Assembly: GCA_965368975.1 (NCBI GenBank)
Contig: CBDUPA010000017.1
Span: forward strand, 64,001-128,000
Length of the DNA stretch: 64,000 nt
Source of the DNA: an uncultured bacterium
GTDB lineage: Bacteria > Acidobacteriota > Thermoanaerobaculia > Multivoradales > JAHZIX01
Reading direction: 5' to 3'
This document shows, piece after piece, positions 12,601-20,472 of this stretch. The first letter of the stretch is position 1. Every line of letters begins with the position of its first letter. The notes below the pieces were generated by a model. The model saw only the letters and a program-made list of their open reading frames with translations, did not search any database and was not told the origin of the DNA. The position numbers and the translations under genes were made by a program.

Positions 12601-15600
12601 GCTGGCCATGGCGCGGGCGCTGCGCCGCCTGGTGTCGCGCCACGAAACGCTGCGCACCGTCTTCGCCGAAGTCGATGGTGCGCCCGTCCAGCGTCCGCTA
12701 CCGGCGCGGGAGGCACGCGTCGAGCTGCCCGTGGTCGACTTGAGTCGACTCGCCGCGACGACGGCTGCCGTCCTCGAATCCAGCCTGACGGCGCAGCTCA
12801 TGGCGCAGCCGATGCCGCTGGCCGAGGGGCCATTGTTGCGGGTGCTGCTGCTGCGCTTCGCGCCGTTCTCCCCGGAACCCACGGAGCTCCCGCAGCCTGC
12901 GCGTGCCAAGCACTTGCTGCTGTTCAACCTGCACCACATCGTTGCTGACGGCTGGTCCATGGGCATCTTGTTCCGCGAGGTATCGCAGTTCTATCGAGCC
13001 GAGGTCGAGGGTACTGCCGACGCCCTGGAGCTACCGCCGCTGCCCGTGCACTATGGTGACTTTGCCGTCTGGCAGCGGCAGTGGCTGAGCGGCGAGCGCC
13101 TGGACGCGCAGCTGAGCTGGTGGCGCCAGCACCTGGACGGCGCGCCGGCCGCCGTCGAGCTACCGGCCGATCGTCCACGGCCGCCGCGCGTCGGGCGCAG
13201 CGGCGCGCTCTCCGACCACCTGCCAGCGTCGCTCGAAGCCGGCCTGAGCCAGCTCGGCCGCCGCCACGGTGCCACCCTCTACATGGTGCTGCTGGCCGCT
13301 TTTTCGGCCCTGCTGCCGCGCCTCGGCAGCGGTCGCGACCTGGTCCTTGGTACGCCGGTCGCCAACCGTCGCCACCGTGGCCTGGAAGGCTTGATCGGCT
13401 TCTTCATCAACGTGCTGGCGGTGCGTTTACAGCCCGCACGGGACGTCGATTTCGCGACCTGGCTGCAGCAGGTGCGCCAGCTGACGCTCGACGTCTACGA
13501 CCACCAGGATCTCCCCTTCGAGCGACTGGTCGAAGCTCTGCAGCCCGCGCGCGAGCCCGGCCGTCCGTCGCTGGTGCAGGTCGTCTTCCAGTTGCAAAAC
13601 ACACCGCCGGCCGCTGCGGTCGAATTGCCCGGCTTGCAGCTGCGCATGCGCGGTGTCGAGCTGGAGCGGGCGAAGTTCGACTTCAGCCTGATGGCCGAGC
13701 GCGTGGGAGACGCGAGTGGCGGTGCGCCCGTGGTCTTGGTGGCGGATTACAACGCCGACCTCTTCGACGCCACCACGGTCCGTCGCTGGTTGCGGGCGTT
13801 CGAGGTCCTGCTCGAGGGAGCCATCGCCGCACCCGGGACACCGCTCGGTGCCCTGCCGGTGCTCGACGCCGTGGCACGCCAGCAGGCGTTGGTCGAGTGG
13901 AACGACGTCGAGGCCCCCTACGACCGCGACGCGACCTTGCCCGAGCTGTTCGCCGGCCAGGTCCGGCAGCGGCCGGACGCCATCGGCATCGTGTACGGCC
14001 GGCGGCACCTCGGCTACCGTGAGATCGCGCGCCGCGCCGGGCGCATCGCCGCGCTCCTGTCTCGACGCTGGGCGGGTCGCGCGGCTGCCGAGAACCGTGT
14101 CGCCGTCACCGGTCAGCGCTCCCCGGAGCTGGTGCTGGCCACTGTTGGCGTGACGCTGGCTGGCGGTGCCTACGTGCCGCTCGATCCGGACACCCCGGTC
14201 CATCGCCTGGCCTTCCAGCTGCACGATGCCGGTGCTGAGGTGCTGCTGGTCGATGCCGCGTCGCGCGATCACCTGGCGCAGGCGGTCGCGGCTGCGGCCG
14301 AGCTGGGGTCGACGGAGTCGCCGGCGACGGTCGAGCTGATGGATTTCGAAGCAGTGCTCGCGCAGGACGTCCCTTCCGCGGCACCTCGGGAGGCCTTGCA
14401 TCCGGACGATCTCCATCCGGAGAACCTGGTCAACATCTTCTACACCTCTGGTTCGACCGGCAAACCCAAGGGCGTCGCGGTCACGCACCGCGGCGTCGTG
14501 CGGCTGATCCAGGCCGGCGTCACGCCCACCGCTGGCTACCCGGGCTTCGGCGTCGAGCGGCGCGTGGCGCAGTCCGCCAACCCCGTCTTCGATCCCACCA
14601 CCTATGAGATCTGGGGCGCCCTGGTCCACGGTGGTTGTCTGGTCGAGGTGCCGAAGGCGCAGCTGCTGGCCCCCGAGACGCTGGGGGATTTCCTGCGTGC
14701 GCGGCGCATCGACGTCCAGTACCTCACGGTCGCCGTCGTCAGTCTGATCGCGCGCCAGGCACCGGACGCGCTGAACAGCGTCGACGTGCAGTTGCTCGGC
14801 GGCGAAGCGATCGCCCCGGCGCGCGTCGCCGAGATCCTCGACGCCGGTTCGCCGCGGCACCTGATCCACGTCTACGGGCCGACCGAGACCACCGCCTGGT
14901 GTAGCTACGAGGATCTGTGCAAGCTGCCCGTGCTGCCCTCGGGCGGCCGCGTGCCGTCCGGCCAGCCGACGCTCACCGTCGGTCGCGCGGTGCCCAACGA
15001 CACGATCTACTACCTCGATGGCCGCTTCCGTCCGGTGCCAACCGGCTGCCCGGGCGAGATCTGCGCCGGTGGAGATGGCGTGGTGCGTGGCTACCTCGGT
15101 CGCCCGGGCCGCACCGCCGAGGTCTTCATCCCCGATGCCCTGTCGGGTCGGCCGGGGGCTCGCCTCTACCGTACCGGTGATCTCGGCCGCTGGCGCGCCG
15201 ACGGCCGGCTCGAATTTCTCGGCCGTGTCGACTTCCAGGTCAAGATTCGCGGCCTGCGCATCGAGCCGGGAGAGATCGAAGCCGTCTTGCGACGCTACCC
15301 CGAAGTGCGCGACGCCGTCGTGCTGGTACTCGGCGAGGGCGACGAGCGTCAGCTCGGAGCTTGCGTGCTGACCCGGCCGGACGAGTCGCCCAGTTCCCTG
15401 CAAGTTCGAGACACACGAGACGAACCGCCCGAGATCTGGCCCAACGTCGGGGAGTACCAGATCTACGACGAATTGCTCTACTACGCCATGAGCCGCGACG
15501 TGCGGCGCAACCAGGCCTACCGGCAAGCGTTGCAACGCTTGCTGTCGGACGCCGCGTCACCCGGGCTCACCGTGCTCGACGTTGGCACCGGTCACGACGC

Positions 15601-18600
15601 TATCTGGGCCCGCTACGCCGCCGAGGCGGGAGCGGCGCACGTCTATGGCTTGGAGGTGCTGGAGGCGAGTGCCGCGGCGGCGCGTGAGGAAGTGCGGCGC
15701 GCCGGGCTCGACGACCGCATCACCATCCTGCATGGCGACGTCACCGACCCCACCTTCCGTCTGCCGCCACATCCGGACGGCCGTGAGCGCCGCGTCGACC
15801 TGATCGTCTCCAACCTGATCGGCACCATCGGCGGCTGCGAGGCGGCACCGGTGCTGCTCGGCCACGCGCGTCGCTTCCTGGCACCCGGCGGTCGCATGAT
15901 CCCGGCGCGCTGTCGGACGCGCCTGGCGGGCGTCACCTTGCCACCCGAACTCCAGGACGAGCCGCGCTTCACACCGCTGGCCGCCGACTTCGCGCGCCGC
16001 GTTTTCGACGCTGTCGGCCATCCCTTCGACGTGCGCCTCAATCTGCGTCACTTCCCGCCGAGCCTTCGTCTCACCGTGGCAGCAGGCCCCGACGGCGATG
16101 TGTTCGAAGACCTCGACTTCCGCGATCCGCACGGCCAGCCCGCCGCCACGCAGGGCGTCTTCAGCTCCCCGGTCTTCAGTTCCGAGTACGAACGCCGCCT
16201 GCACCTGCGCGTCGAGCTCCCGGAGCAGAGCGACGCCCGACTCGACGGCTTCCTGCTCTGGCTCGAACTGCAGACCGCAGCTCCCGCTACGCAGGCTCCG
16301 ACCGGCGGCGAGGCCCCGACTGGAGAAGCGAGCATCGTGCTCGAAACTCTCGATCCACCGTGCTCCTGGCTACCAGTCTACCTGCCGGTGTTCGAGCCGC
16401 CGCAGCGGGTGCGCACCGGCGACGAGATCGAGTTGACGGTCGAAGCACGGCTGGCCGCTGATGGTCTGCACCCGGACTACCACGTGCGCGGTTGGTTGCG
16501 GCGCGACCCTGCACAGGGCGGGGACGTCGAGATCGACTTCGAAAGTCCCTTCGTCGGCCCGGCCGTGCCTGCAGCCTCGGCCGCCGCGCACCCACCGTCC
16601 CGCCGTCCCGCGCTCTACCGGGCGCTGTTCGGCGACAGCGGTGAGCCACGCGTCGCCCAAACGGCCCAAGACGCCCTGCTCGCCGAGCTCCATGCGCACC
16701 TGCAGACCCAGCTGCCTGACTTCATGGTGCCCTCGCGCCTGCTCGCGCTCGACGCCTTGCCCCTGACGCCCAACGGCAAGGTCGATCGCGCCGAGCTGTC
16801 GCGCCGCCTGCTGCGCCAGGCGGCCGCCGGTGCCATCCGTGCTGGTGAGGCCGCCGAAGTCGTCACTTTCGACGGACCGCACGCCGAGACCGCTCGCACC
16901 ATCGCCACCGTCTGGCAGGACGTGCTCGGCCTCGAAAGTTCCGTCGGTCCAGAAGACCAGTTCTTCGCCCTCGGCGGCCACTCCCTGCTCGCCACCCGCG
17001 TCATCTCGCGCCTGCGCAAGACCTTCGAGCTCGACATCCCGCTACGCTGGATGTTCGAGTCGCCGACCCCTGCCGAGCTGGCACCACGCGTCGACGGTCT
17101 GCGTCCGGCTCCTGAAGCCGCCGTGCCGGCCGGAGACGCCGAACCGCCCTTGGTACCGGTGCCGCGCGACCAGCCTCTGCCGCTGTCCTACGCCCAGCAG
17201 CGCCTGTGGCTGGCTGACCAGTTGCAGCCCGGCGACATCGCCTACAACATGCCGTTGGGTGTTCGTCTGCGCAGCGAGAGTCCGGAGGGTGAGCTGGACA
17301 TCGCCGCCTTGTCCCACGCCCTCGACACCGTCGTCGCGCGCCACGAAGCCCTGCGCACCACCTTCCCCGTGGGGTCGGACGGCGAGCCCGTGCAGCACAT
17401 CGCCGGGCCGCGTCCCAGCCCGCTGCCGGTCGTCGACCTGAGCGCTCTGCCCGAAGAGGTCGCCCAGGCAGAGAGCGAACGCCTCGGTCTGGGCCACGCC
17501 CGCCACCGCTTCGACCTCGCGCGCGGTCCGCTCCTGGTCGCCGCCATTGTGCGCCAGCGCCGCGACGACCACGCGCTGTTGCTCAACCTGCACCACGTCA
17601 TCGCCGACGGCTGGTCGCTGGCTATCCTGGTACGCGAGCTCAGCGGTCTCTACCGAGCCCTCCTCGAGCCGGGGCAAGATCGCGTCGAATTGCCCGAGCT
17701 GGCGATCCAGTACGCCGACTTCGCCGTCTGGCAGCGTCGCTATCTTGCTGGAGACGGGCTCGACGGAGACAGGCTCGACGGAGACAGCCAAGACAAGGGT
17801 GCCCGCGAGCAGCTCCTCGACCACTGGCGCCAGGTCCTGGCAGGGGCACCCCCGGTGCTCGACCTGCCCAGCGACCGCCCGCGTCCCGAGGTGCGCAGCC
17901 TGCGCGGTGATCGGCGCGTGCGCGGTCATCAAGCCGAGCAGCGACAGCGTCTCGAAGCCCTCGCCCAGGCGCACCAGGGGACCCTCTTCATGGTTCTGCT
18001 TGCCGCTTTCAAAACCCTGCTCTACCGCCTCACCGGCCAGCACGACATCGTCGTCGGTACCGACATCGCCAACCGCAACCGGCCCGAGATCGAAGACCTG
18101 ATTGGCTTCTTCATCAACCACCCCGTCCTGCGCACCGACCTGGCCGGCAACCCCACCTTCGCCGAGCTGGTCGACCGCGTGCGCGCCGTTACCGTCGACG
18201 CCTACGCGCACCAGGACCTGCCCTTCGACCTGCTGGTCGAGGAGCTGCAACCCGAGCGTTCGCCGTCCGTCACGCCGCTGTTCCAGGTCCTCTTCGTGAT
18301 GCAGAATGCGCCCACCGGCGGCACGCCCGTCACCACCGGTCTGACGCTCGAAGCCATGCCCGGCGAGAGCCACAGTTCCAAGTATGATCTGGTAGTAGAG
18401 GCGCTCGAATTCGGTGACGGCCTGGCCCTCAGCTGGACCTTCCGCACCGACATCTTCGACGCCGCTACCGTCGAGCAGCTGGCCGAACGCTACGCCCTGC
18501 TGCTCGACCAGGTCGCCGCCGACCCCGACCGCCGCCTCGACGAGCTGAGCCTCGAAATCGAATCCGACAAGGAGCGCCGCGCCATGGAAGAACAACAACG

Positions 18601-19648
18601 CCGCAGCCTCACCAGCGGTCTGCGCCGCGGTCGCCGCAAGGCGGTCCAGCTGGACGCCGTCGACCCGATCAAGAGCCGCGTCCTCGACGGTGGCCCGACA
18701 CGGGCCCTGGTGCTCGAACCTGCCGTTCCCGATGTCGACCTGACCGGCTGGGCCGCCGCCCAGCGCGATCAGCTCGACCGTCATCTCGACGAGTATGGCG
18801 CCGTCCTGCTACGCGGCTTCCACGTGCGCGAAGTCGAAGAGTTCGAACGCTTCGCCGCCGCCGTCTGCGGAGAGCTCTACAGTGACTACGGCGACCTGCC
18901 CCACGATGCTGCCGAAGGTCAGGTCTACACCGCCACCCCGTACCCGCCGGACCAGCGCATCCTCTACCACAACGAGAGCTCGCAGATGGACAAGTGGCCG
19001 ATGCGCCAGATCTTCTGGTGCGCGCAGCCCTCCCTGGTCGGCGGCGAAACCCCGATCACCGATTGCCGCCAGGTCTACAAGAAGCTCGATCCCAAGATCC
19101 GCGCCGACTTCGCCCAGAAGGGCTTGATGTACGTGCGCAACTTCGTTCCGGGCGTCGATGTGCCGTGGCAGGAATTCTTCCGCAGCGAAGACCAGGCCAC
19201 CGTCGAAGCCCGCTGCCGCGCCGCCGGCATGGACGTCGAGTGGCTGGCCGATGGCGGTCTCAGAACCAAGCGTCAAGGCCCCGGCGTCGCGCGCCATCCA
19301 AGAACCGGCGAAGAGATCTTCTTCAACCAGATCCAGGCCCACCACATCGCCTGCCTGGAACCCGAAGTGCGCAAGAGCCTGCTAGAAATTACCTCCGAAG
19401 AAGGTCTACCGCGCAACGTCACCTTCGGTGATGGCACCCCGATCCCGGACGACGTGGTGCAGCAGATCGTCGAGCTGTACGACGAGCTGAGCCTCATCTC
19501 ACCCTGGCAACAAGGCGACGTGCTGGTCGTCGACAACATGCTCATGGCCCACGCTCGGAATACCTTCTCCGGGCCGCGCAAGATCTACGTCGCGATGGGG
19601 CGGATGGTGACCTTTGACGAGATCAAGGGGAATATGCCGGAGGGTTGA
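3641..19648 (+). CDS. Non-ribosomal peptide synthetase, C1-A1-T1-C2-(Pro-rich linker)-C3-A2-T2-C4-A3(methyltransferase-interrupted)-T3-C5-TauD/SyrP-like dioxygenase; no TE
   Basis: Five HHxxxDG condensation motifs, each preceded by S(F/Y)AQxR(L/M)W. Three YTSGSTGxPKG A3 motifs. Three GGHSLL thiolation motifs. VLDVGTG SAM motif inside A3. C-terminal HNE...DNMLMAHAR Fe(II)/2-oxoglutarate motif. Confidence 0.97.
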   Translation: MTQNSRTHLTSQQRALMRRLLARKGVAAPAADALAAGELVPRSPEDDPPPLSFAQQRMWLLDSLQPGNPFYNIPDILFLDGPLEPRRLHRALRGVVERHEVLRTAYALPPDAEATASAALGASPAAAARPREPCQLVQAQVDLPLPLLDLRGLAADPERQAAEVERLGEAEARRPLRLDQPPSLRTTLVRLEPHRHAFFVVLHHIAADGWSKSVLAAELAALYRGAALPPLPIQYADFALWQRRWLGQGELERQLAWWRGQLGEEADAGAVTALELPTDRPRPPEFSHRGAGRPLIVPAGLVSRLRALGRAGTGDKGTGQGSGDVTLFMLLLAGLQALLYRLSGQSDIAVGSPVANRRRAELEALIGFFANTLVLRTDLRGGPSFRQLLERVRHVTHDAFEHQDLPFERLVEELQPARDLSRTPLFQVLLVLQNTPPASAIEMSAEGSPSGEVSPAGDGPLVLQRRPLDTGTAKFDLTVDLASSEPGAGDVDGALLGGIEYATDLFDATTVDRLGAQLVRLLQAAVAQPEHPISALSLVTPAERQQLCVEWQLFERAGNAAESTSDVSIAAPVLRWAARSPDLIAVTADRHFLSYGELVRRSGHLAAALRAHGVGVDEQVCIAQDRVCGYPLALLGVLRAGAACVPLDLTWPAARHEILLAEAKPRLVLDAPTLAQLLEEGLLEEGPLQGRLPAESDRLEADGPPSIQALAYVLYTSGSTGTPKGVAMPHGPLRHMLAWQVRASAAGASADTVRSERTLQFASPGFDVSFQEIFSTWSAGGTLVMVREAVRRDPETLLDFLAERRIGRLFLPFVALQALAEVAAAQRAGRWPALREVMVAGEQLRVGPALRTWFGDLLRGKRAARLANHYGPTEAHAVSAEILPADVETWPSLPLVGRPVAGAVLYVVDPDAAVHGWPGVLSPIGVPGELLIGEVTVGDGALARGYLDRPRWTAERFVPDGAGIFACGAGKLPHGGRLYRSGDLARYLPDGRLECFGRLDAQVKVRGYRVEPGEVETVLASQPQVVQAVVVTRPSGRGVLLVAYVVMAKETPTGEPPASTRDPHLATLRDSLRGQLPDYMVPAHIVALDALPTTGSGKVDRRALQRLSLDAVTANAAAGGDASDAPSTPAEIQLAEIWCELLGVARVGVDDDFFDLGGHSLLATWLSVRARDAFEIELPVRAVFEHPRLAQLAVEIERLRRDGQGLSPLPPLRPRSAATPPDASRGHQDCLYEGPVSFAQERLWFLEQLRDGDTGYRLASRLRLLGDLDARALATAIDGLAARHETLRTVFADHDGEPIQRVLPPRRGALALPCVDLSGVVDRATETQRTSLLGRLTGTFQRQPLPLDTGPLLRLLLLRTGGRDEHLLLFNLHHIISDGWSMSVMFRDVGELYAAAVDGRAPRLPVLSVQYADFAAWQRGWLEGDRLDEQLTYWQQRLSEPRLPQPLRLPRDRPVAPGAGPGRGGMVTGALPPELARQVETFARRHDVTPFMVLLAAFAVLLGRLANTDDVLLGTPVANRRSRELEGLIGFFINLISLRLEVAPATTFKALLAQVRSVTLGAYDHQDIPFERLVELVQPDRRDGDVPLAQVTFQLLNTPRAEAAELPRLRMEQQPLEVRRAKLDLGLMFEGQGEHLGWLAEYDADRFDRASVEHWLAAFQELLASALAEPRQVVDDLPALDIVRRRQPSGVAPVLPSAPSLVPPMAPPSLAPPALAPPSLAPPELAPPELIPPPVASPPPLHMPEEPETPIKQPAEGNDSEPDEPLTLSDAPMLLPAARKARGVPLSFAQERLWFIDRLEPTAAAAYNTPGRIYLEGVVQPAALRVAIHALIARHESLRTVFVEIEAQPLQRVAAVASPLGQPPLPVVDLGGLAETDGAKQADVLTARAATHPFDLARGPLLQIFLLRLAAGLSGESTSPRHQLYFNLHHIVTDGWSMEILFREMARLYQAAATGGTASPASGPAQVLAQEAGLPPLPVQYPDFAVWQRAWLSGDELQRQIDYWRRQLAARDAQEGSPQEGGGLEWTRLQLPEDHPPPAEPRADRCGRLPVRLPLPLVRSLDGFARRHEATLFMTLLAGFALLLHRLTGQRDLTVGTPIANRRHVDVEGLIGFFANTLVLRADLTAGTGTGSGDPGFGQLVDRLRRTTLEAYDHQDLPFARLVEALQPERQLGRTPLFQVLFQLHKAQPVTEARTTEVTLELETLDAGLAKFDLELTLSQIQGPVAGTLVYNADRFDATTVRRWMDDYLRLMRAAVRAPERPVTRLDVLTPSASQQLVREWGSGPLSDTWSGPASRNQPEPLPTLPCLVFEQARRTPHAIAVQGRRHALSYATLTARARRLASALRHTRNDEESIIGLSLPRGPRACVALLGVLDSGAAVLPIDPAYPRERRDLMLQDSGTRRVLDGGAVDELLQLPDGAAEPQVATRASVPEPHPHQLCYLLYTSGSTGVPKGVAMRHGLMAQVLAWELRRNAPVPQTPVPQTPVPQTPVPQTSVPQTGPHRTLAFTPLSFDVSFQETFATWGAGGTLVLVDEDTRRDPHLLLRHLLRQRVQRLYLPFVALQALAEASAAPEAPRPDELVELITAGEQLRMTPALTAWLQRRPTLRLHNHYGPTETHAISAWSLGRRRPGELVRAPALPPIGRPIDGVRVYVVDSLARPRPIGCVGELWAGAEFADHGSPARGYHRRPALTAARFVPDPLIREPHRRGARVYRTGDLARYRADGELEFLGRRDTQLKVRGFRVEPGEVEAALEALAGVGQAVVVPRQGAGGVALIAYVLVAAELVASESPPDAASLRDTLRRRLPDYLVPAAVHVVETLPKTPSGKVDRRALRQRAAEQEAVAVEFVAPHSVTEEQLAALWADLLQRQQVGVRDHFFDIGGHSLLATTLTARLRDVFGVEVPVKAVFEHPHLDELAAEIDRLRATDSAPVLPPLEPVPRDARGLPLEPLPVSFAQERLWLTERLSEDAAGGYRLPGKLELLGDFRPLAMARALRRLVSRHETLRTVFAEVDGAPVQRPLPAREARVELPVVDLSRLAATTAAVLESSLTAQLMAQPMPLAEGPLLRVLLLRFAPFSPEPTELPQPARAKHLLLFNLHHIVADGWSMGILFREVSQFYRAEVEGTADALELPPLPVHYGDFAVWQRQWLSGERLDAQLSWWRQHLDGAPAAVELPADRPRPPRVGRSGALSDHLPASLEAGLSQLGRRHGATLYMVLLAAFSALLPRLGSGRDLVLGTPVANRRHRGLEGLIGFFINVLAVRLQPARDVDFATWLQQVRQLTLDVYDHQDLPFERLVEALQPAREPGRPSLVQVVFQLQNTPPAAAVELPGLQLRMRGVELERAKFDFSLMAERVGDASGGAPVVLVADYNADLFDATTVRRWLRAFEVLLEGAIAAPGTPLGALPVLDAVARQQALVEWNDVEAPYDRDATLPELFAGQVRQRPDAIGIVYGRRHLGYREIARRAGRIAALLSRRWAGRAAAENRVAVTGQRSPELVLATVGVTLAGGAYVPLDPDTPVHRLAFQLHDAGAEVLLVDAASRDHLAQAVAAAAELGSTESPATVELMDFEAVLAQDVPSAAPREALHPDDLHPENLVNIFYTSGSTGKPKGVAVTHRGVVRLIQAGVTPTAGYPGFGVERRVAQSANPVFDPTTYEIWGALVHGGCLVEVPKAQLLAPETLGDFLRARRIDVQYLTVAVVSLIARQAPDALNSVDVQLLGGEAIAPARVAEILDAGSPRHLIHVYGPTETTAWCSYEDLCKLPVLPSGGRVPSGQPTLTVGRAVPNDTIYYLDGRFRPVPTGCPGEICAGGDGVVRGYLGRPGRTAEVFIPDALSGRPGARLYRTGDLGRWRADGRLEFLGRVDFQVKIRGLRIEPGEIEAVLRRYPEVRDAVVLVLGEGDERQLGACVLTRPDESPSSLQVRDTRDEPPEIWPNVGEYQIYDELLYYAMSRDVRRNQAYRQALQRLLSDAASPGLTVLDVGTGHDAIWARYAAEAGAAHVYGLEVLEASAAAAREEVRRAGLDDRITILHGDVTDPTFRLPPHPDGRERRVDLIVSNLIGTIGGCEAAPVLLGHARRFLAPGGRMIPARCRTRLAGVTLPPELQDEPRFTPLAADFARRVFDAVGHPFDVRLNLRHFPPSLRLTVAAGPDGDVFEDLDFRDPHGQPAATQGVFSSPVFSSEYERRLHLRVELPEQSDARLDGFLLWLELQTAAPATQAPTGGEAPTGEASIVLETLDPPCSWLPVYLPVFEPPQRVRTGDEIELTVEARLAADGLHPDYHVRGWLRRDPAQGGDVEIDFESPFVGPAVPAASAAAHPPSRRPALYRALFGDSGEPRVAQTAQDALLAELHAHLQTQLPDFMVPSRLLALDALPLTPNGKVDRAELSRRLLRQAAAGAIRAGEAAEVVTFDGPHAETARTIATVWQDVLGLESSVGPEDQFFALGGHSLLATRVISRLRKTFELDIPLRWMFESPTPAELAPRVDGLRPAPEAAVPAGDAEPPLVPVPRDQPLPLSYAQQRLWLADQLQPGDIAYNMPLGVRLRSESPEGELDIAALSHALDTVVARHEALRTTFPVGSDGEPVQHIAGPRPSPLPVVDLSALPEEVAQAESERLGLGHARHRFDLARGPLLVAAIVRQRRDDHALLLNLHHVIADGWSLAILVRELSGLYRALLEPGQDRVELPELAIQYADFAVWQRRYLAGDGLDGDRLDGDSQDKGAREQLLDHWRQVLAGAPPVLDLPSDRPRPEVRSLRGDRRVRGHQAEQRQRLEALAQAHQGTLFMVLLAAFKTLLYRLTGQHDIVVGTDIANRNRPEIEDLIGFFINHPVLRTDLAGNPTFAELVDRVRAVTVDAYAHQDLPFDLLVEELQPERSPSVTPLFQVLFVMQNAPTGGTPVTTGLTLEAMPGESHSSKYDLVVEALEFGDGLALSWTFRTDIFDAATVEQLAERYALLLDQVAADPDRRLDELSLEIESDKERRAMEEQQRRSLTSGLRRGRRKAVQLDAVDPIKSRVLDGGPTRALVLEPAVPDVDLTGWAAAQRDQLDRHLDEYGAVLLRGFHVREVEEFERFAAAVCGELYSDYGDLPHDAAEGQVYTATPYPPDQRILYHNESSQMDKWPMRQIFWCAQPSLVGGETPITDCRQVYKKLDPKIRADFAQKGLMYVRNFVPGVDVPWQEFFRSEDQATVEARCRAAGMDVEWLADGGLRTKRQGPGVARHPRTGEEIFFNQIQAHHIACLEPEVRKSLLEITSEEGLPRNVTFGDGTPIPDDVVQQIVELYDELSLISPWQQGDVLVVDNMLMAHARNTFSGPRKIYVAMGRMVTFDEIKGNMPEG
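8756..8830 (+). repeat. Degenerate 15-bp tandem repeat x5 encoding APPxL in the C2-C3 linker of the NRPS
   Basis: gcacccccatcacta gcaccccccgccttg gccccaccgtccttg gcgcccccagagctg gcacctcccgagctg. Confidence 0.85.
11063..11137 (+). repeat. 15-bp tandem repeat x5 encoding (P/S)VPQT inside A domain 2
   Basis: ccagtaccccagacc is present three times exactly, plus two near-identical flanking copies. Confidence 0.95.
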
Positions 19649-19659
19649 GAGTTCGTGGA

Positions 19660-20472
19660 CTAGTGCTCCAGAGCTTCTCTTCCCGCTGCGCGAGTCTCGA
19701 GTTCTTTGGCTTGGGTTGGAAATCTGTATATCAGCACAATTTCTGTACGTCGGTTCAGTCTCCACTGCGCGGCCCCCTGATTGGCGGAGTCGAGTTCGGC
19801 ACGATCAAAACTGCGAAGCCGGTTCCGAGTCGAAGGGACGTACTCGCCGAAGCTAGTCGCTGACATCAGGCTCTGTGTCGGGTCGATTCCACTTTCTTGT
19901 TGAAGGAAGTGGAAGACAGAGAGAGCTCTCTCTGAAGCCAGGTGCAGATTTGAAGCGTATTTTGAAGTTGATCTCGGGTCTGCATGAGCCTGAATCTGTA
20001 TTTCTTCGATGTAGTCCAGACGAGGCTGGATCACTCTAGTGAGGAGGCGAAGCATTCGCTTGCTTGGGGTGAGAAGATGGTGTTCGTTCTCCTCGAACAG
20101 CAGGTGGTTCTCGAAGGAGAAGCGCTGCAATGTCAGGGAGTTGACGATTGTCACATCGGGTCTCGCAGTCTCGGCCGTTGCTAGAGTGAAGGTATCGGCG
20201 TTGCGAGCGTTCGTGAAGAGTTGGAGTTGTGTAGCAATAGCTATGGCCTGGATCAGCTCCAGTTGTCTCTCGTTGAGTAGGGCCAATCTACTCAATAGGC
20301 TGTCTTGCTCATCTACTACCGTGGAGGCAGATTCGGAGTTCGCCTCTAACGGTATTGGTGCTTGTGAACTGAAGGCCACCACCAGTAGGGCTAGGACTGC
20401 CACTAAGGACAGCATTAGATCGGTTCCAGGGCCGAATAGGTCTTCGTCAGGGGCTTGTCTTTCAAAGGACAT
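19660..20472 (-). CDS. ZorB/MotB-like protein: single TM helix with conserved Asp plus OmpA-like peptidoglycan-binding domain
   Basis: N-terminal GTDLMLSLVAVLALLVVAF (Asp in the TM). C-terminal IQIQAHAD...NLHLASERALSV...SFGEYVP...NRRTEIVL. The ATG directly follows the TAA of the upstream gene. Confidence 0.85.
   Translation of the reverse strand: MSFERQAPDEDLFGPGTDLMLSLVAVLALLVVAFSSQAPIPLEANSESASTVVDEQDSLLSRLALLNERQLELIQAIAIATQLQLFTNARNADTFTLATAETARPDVTIVNSLTLQRFSFENHLLFEENEHHLLTPSKRMLRLLTRVIQPRLDYIEEIQIQAHADPRSTSKYASNLHLASERALSVFHFLQQESGIDPTQSLMSATSFGEYVPSTRNRLRSFDRAELDSANQGAAQWRLNRRTEIVLIYRFPTQAKELETRAAGREALEH

Noticed and set aside
13427-18784. Long minus-strand ORFs (702 aa, 580 aa and others) inside the NRPS
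   Set aside because: Antisense shadow ORFs with no recognisable motifs, as expected from GC-rich codon bias.
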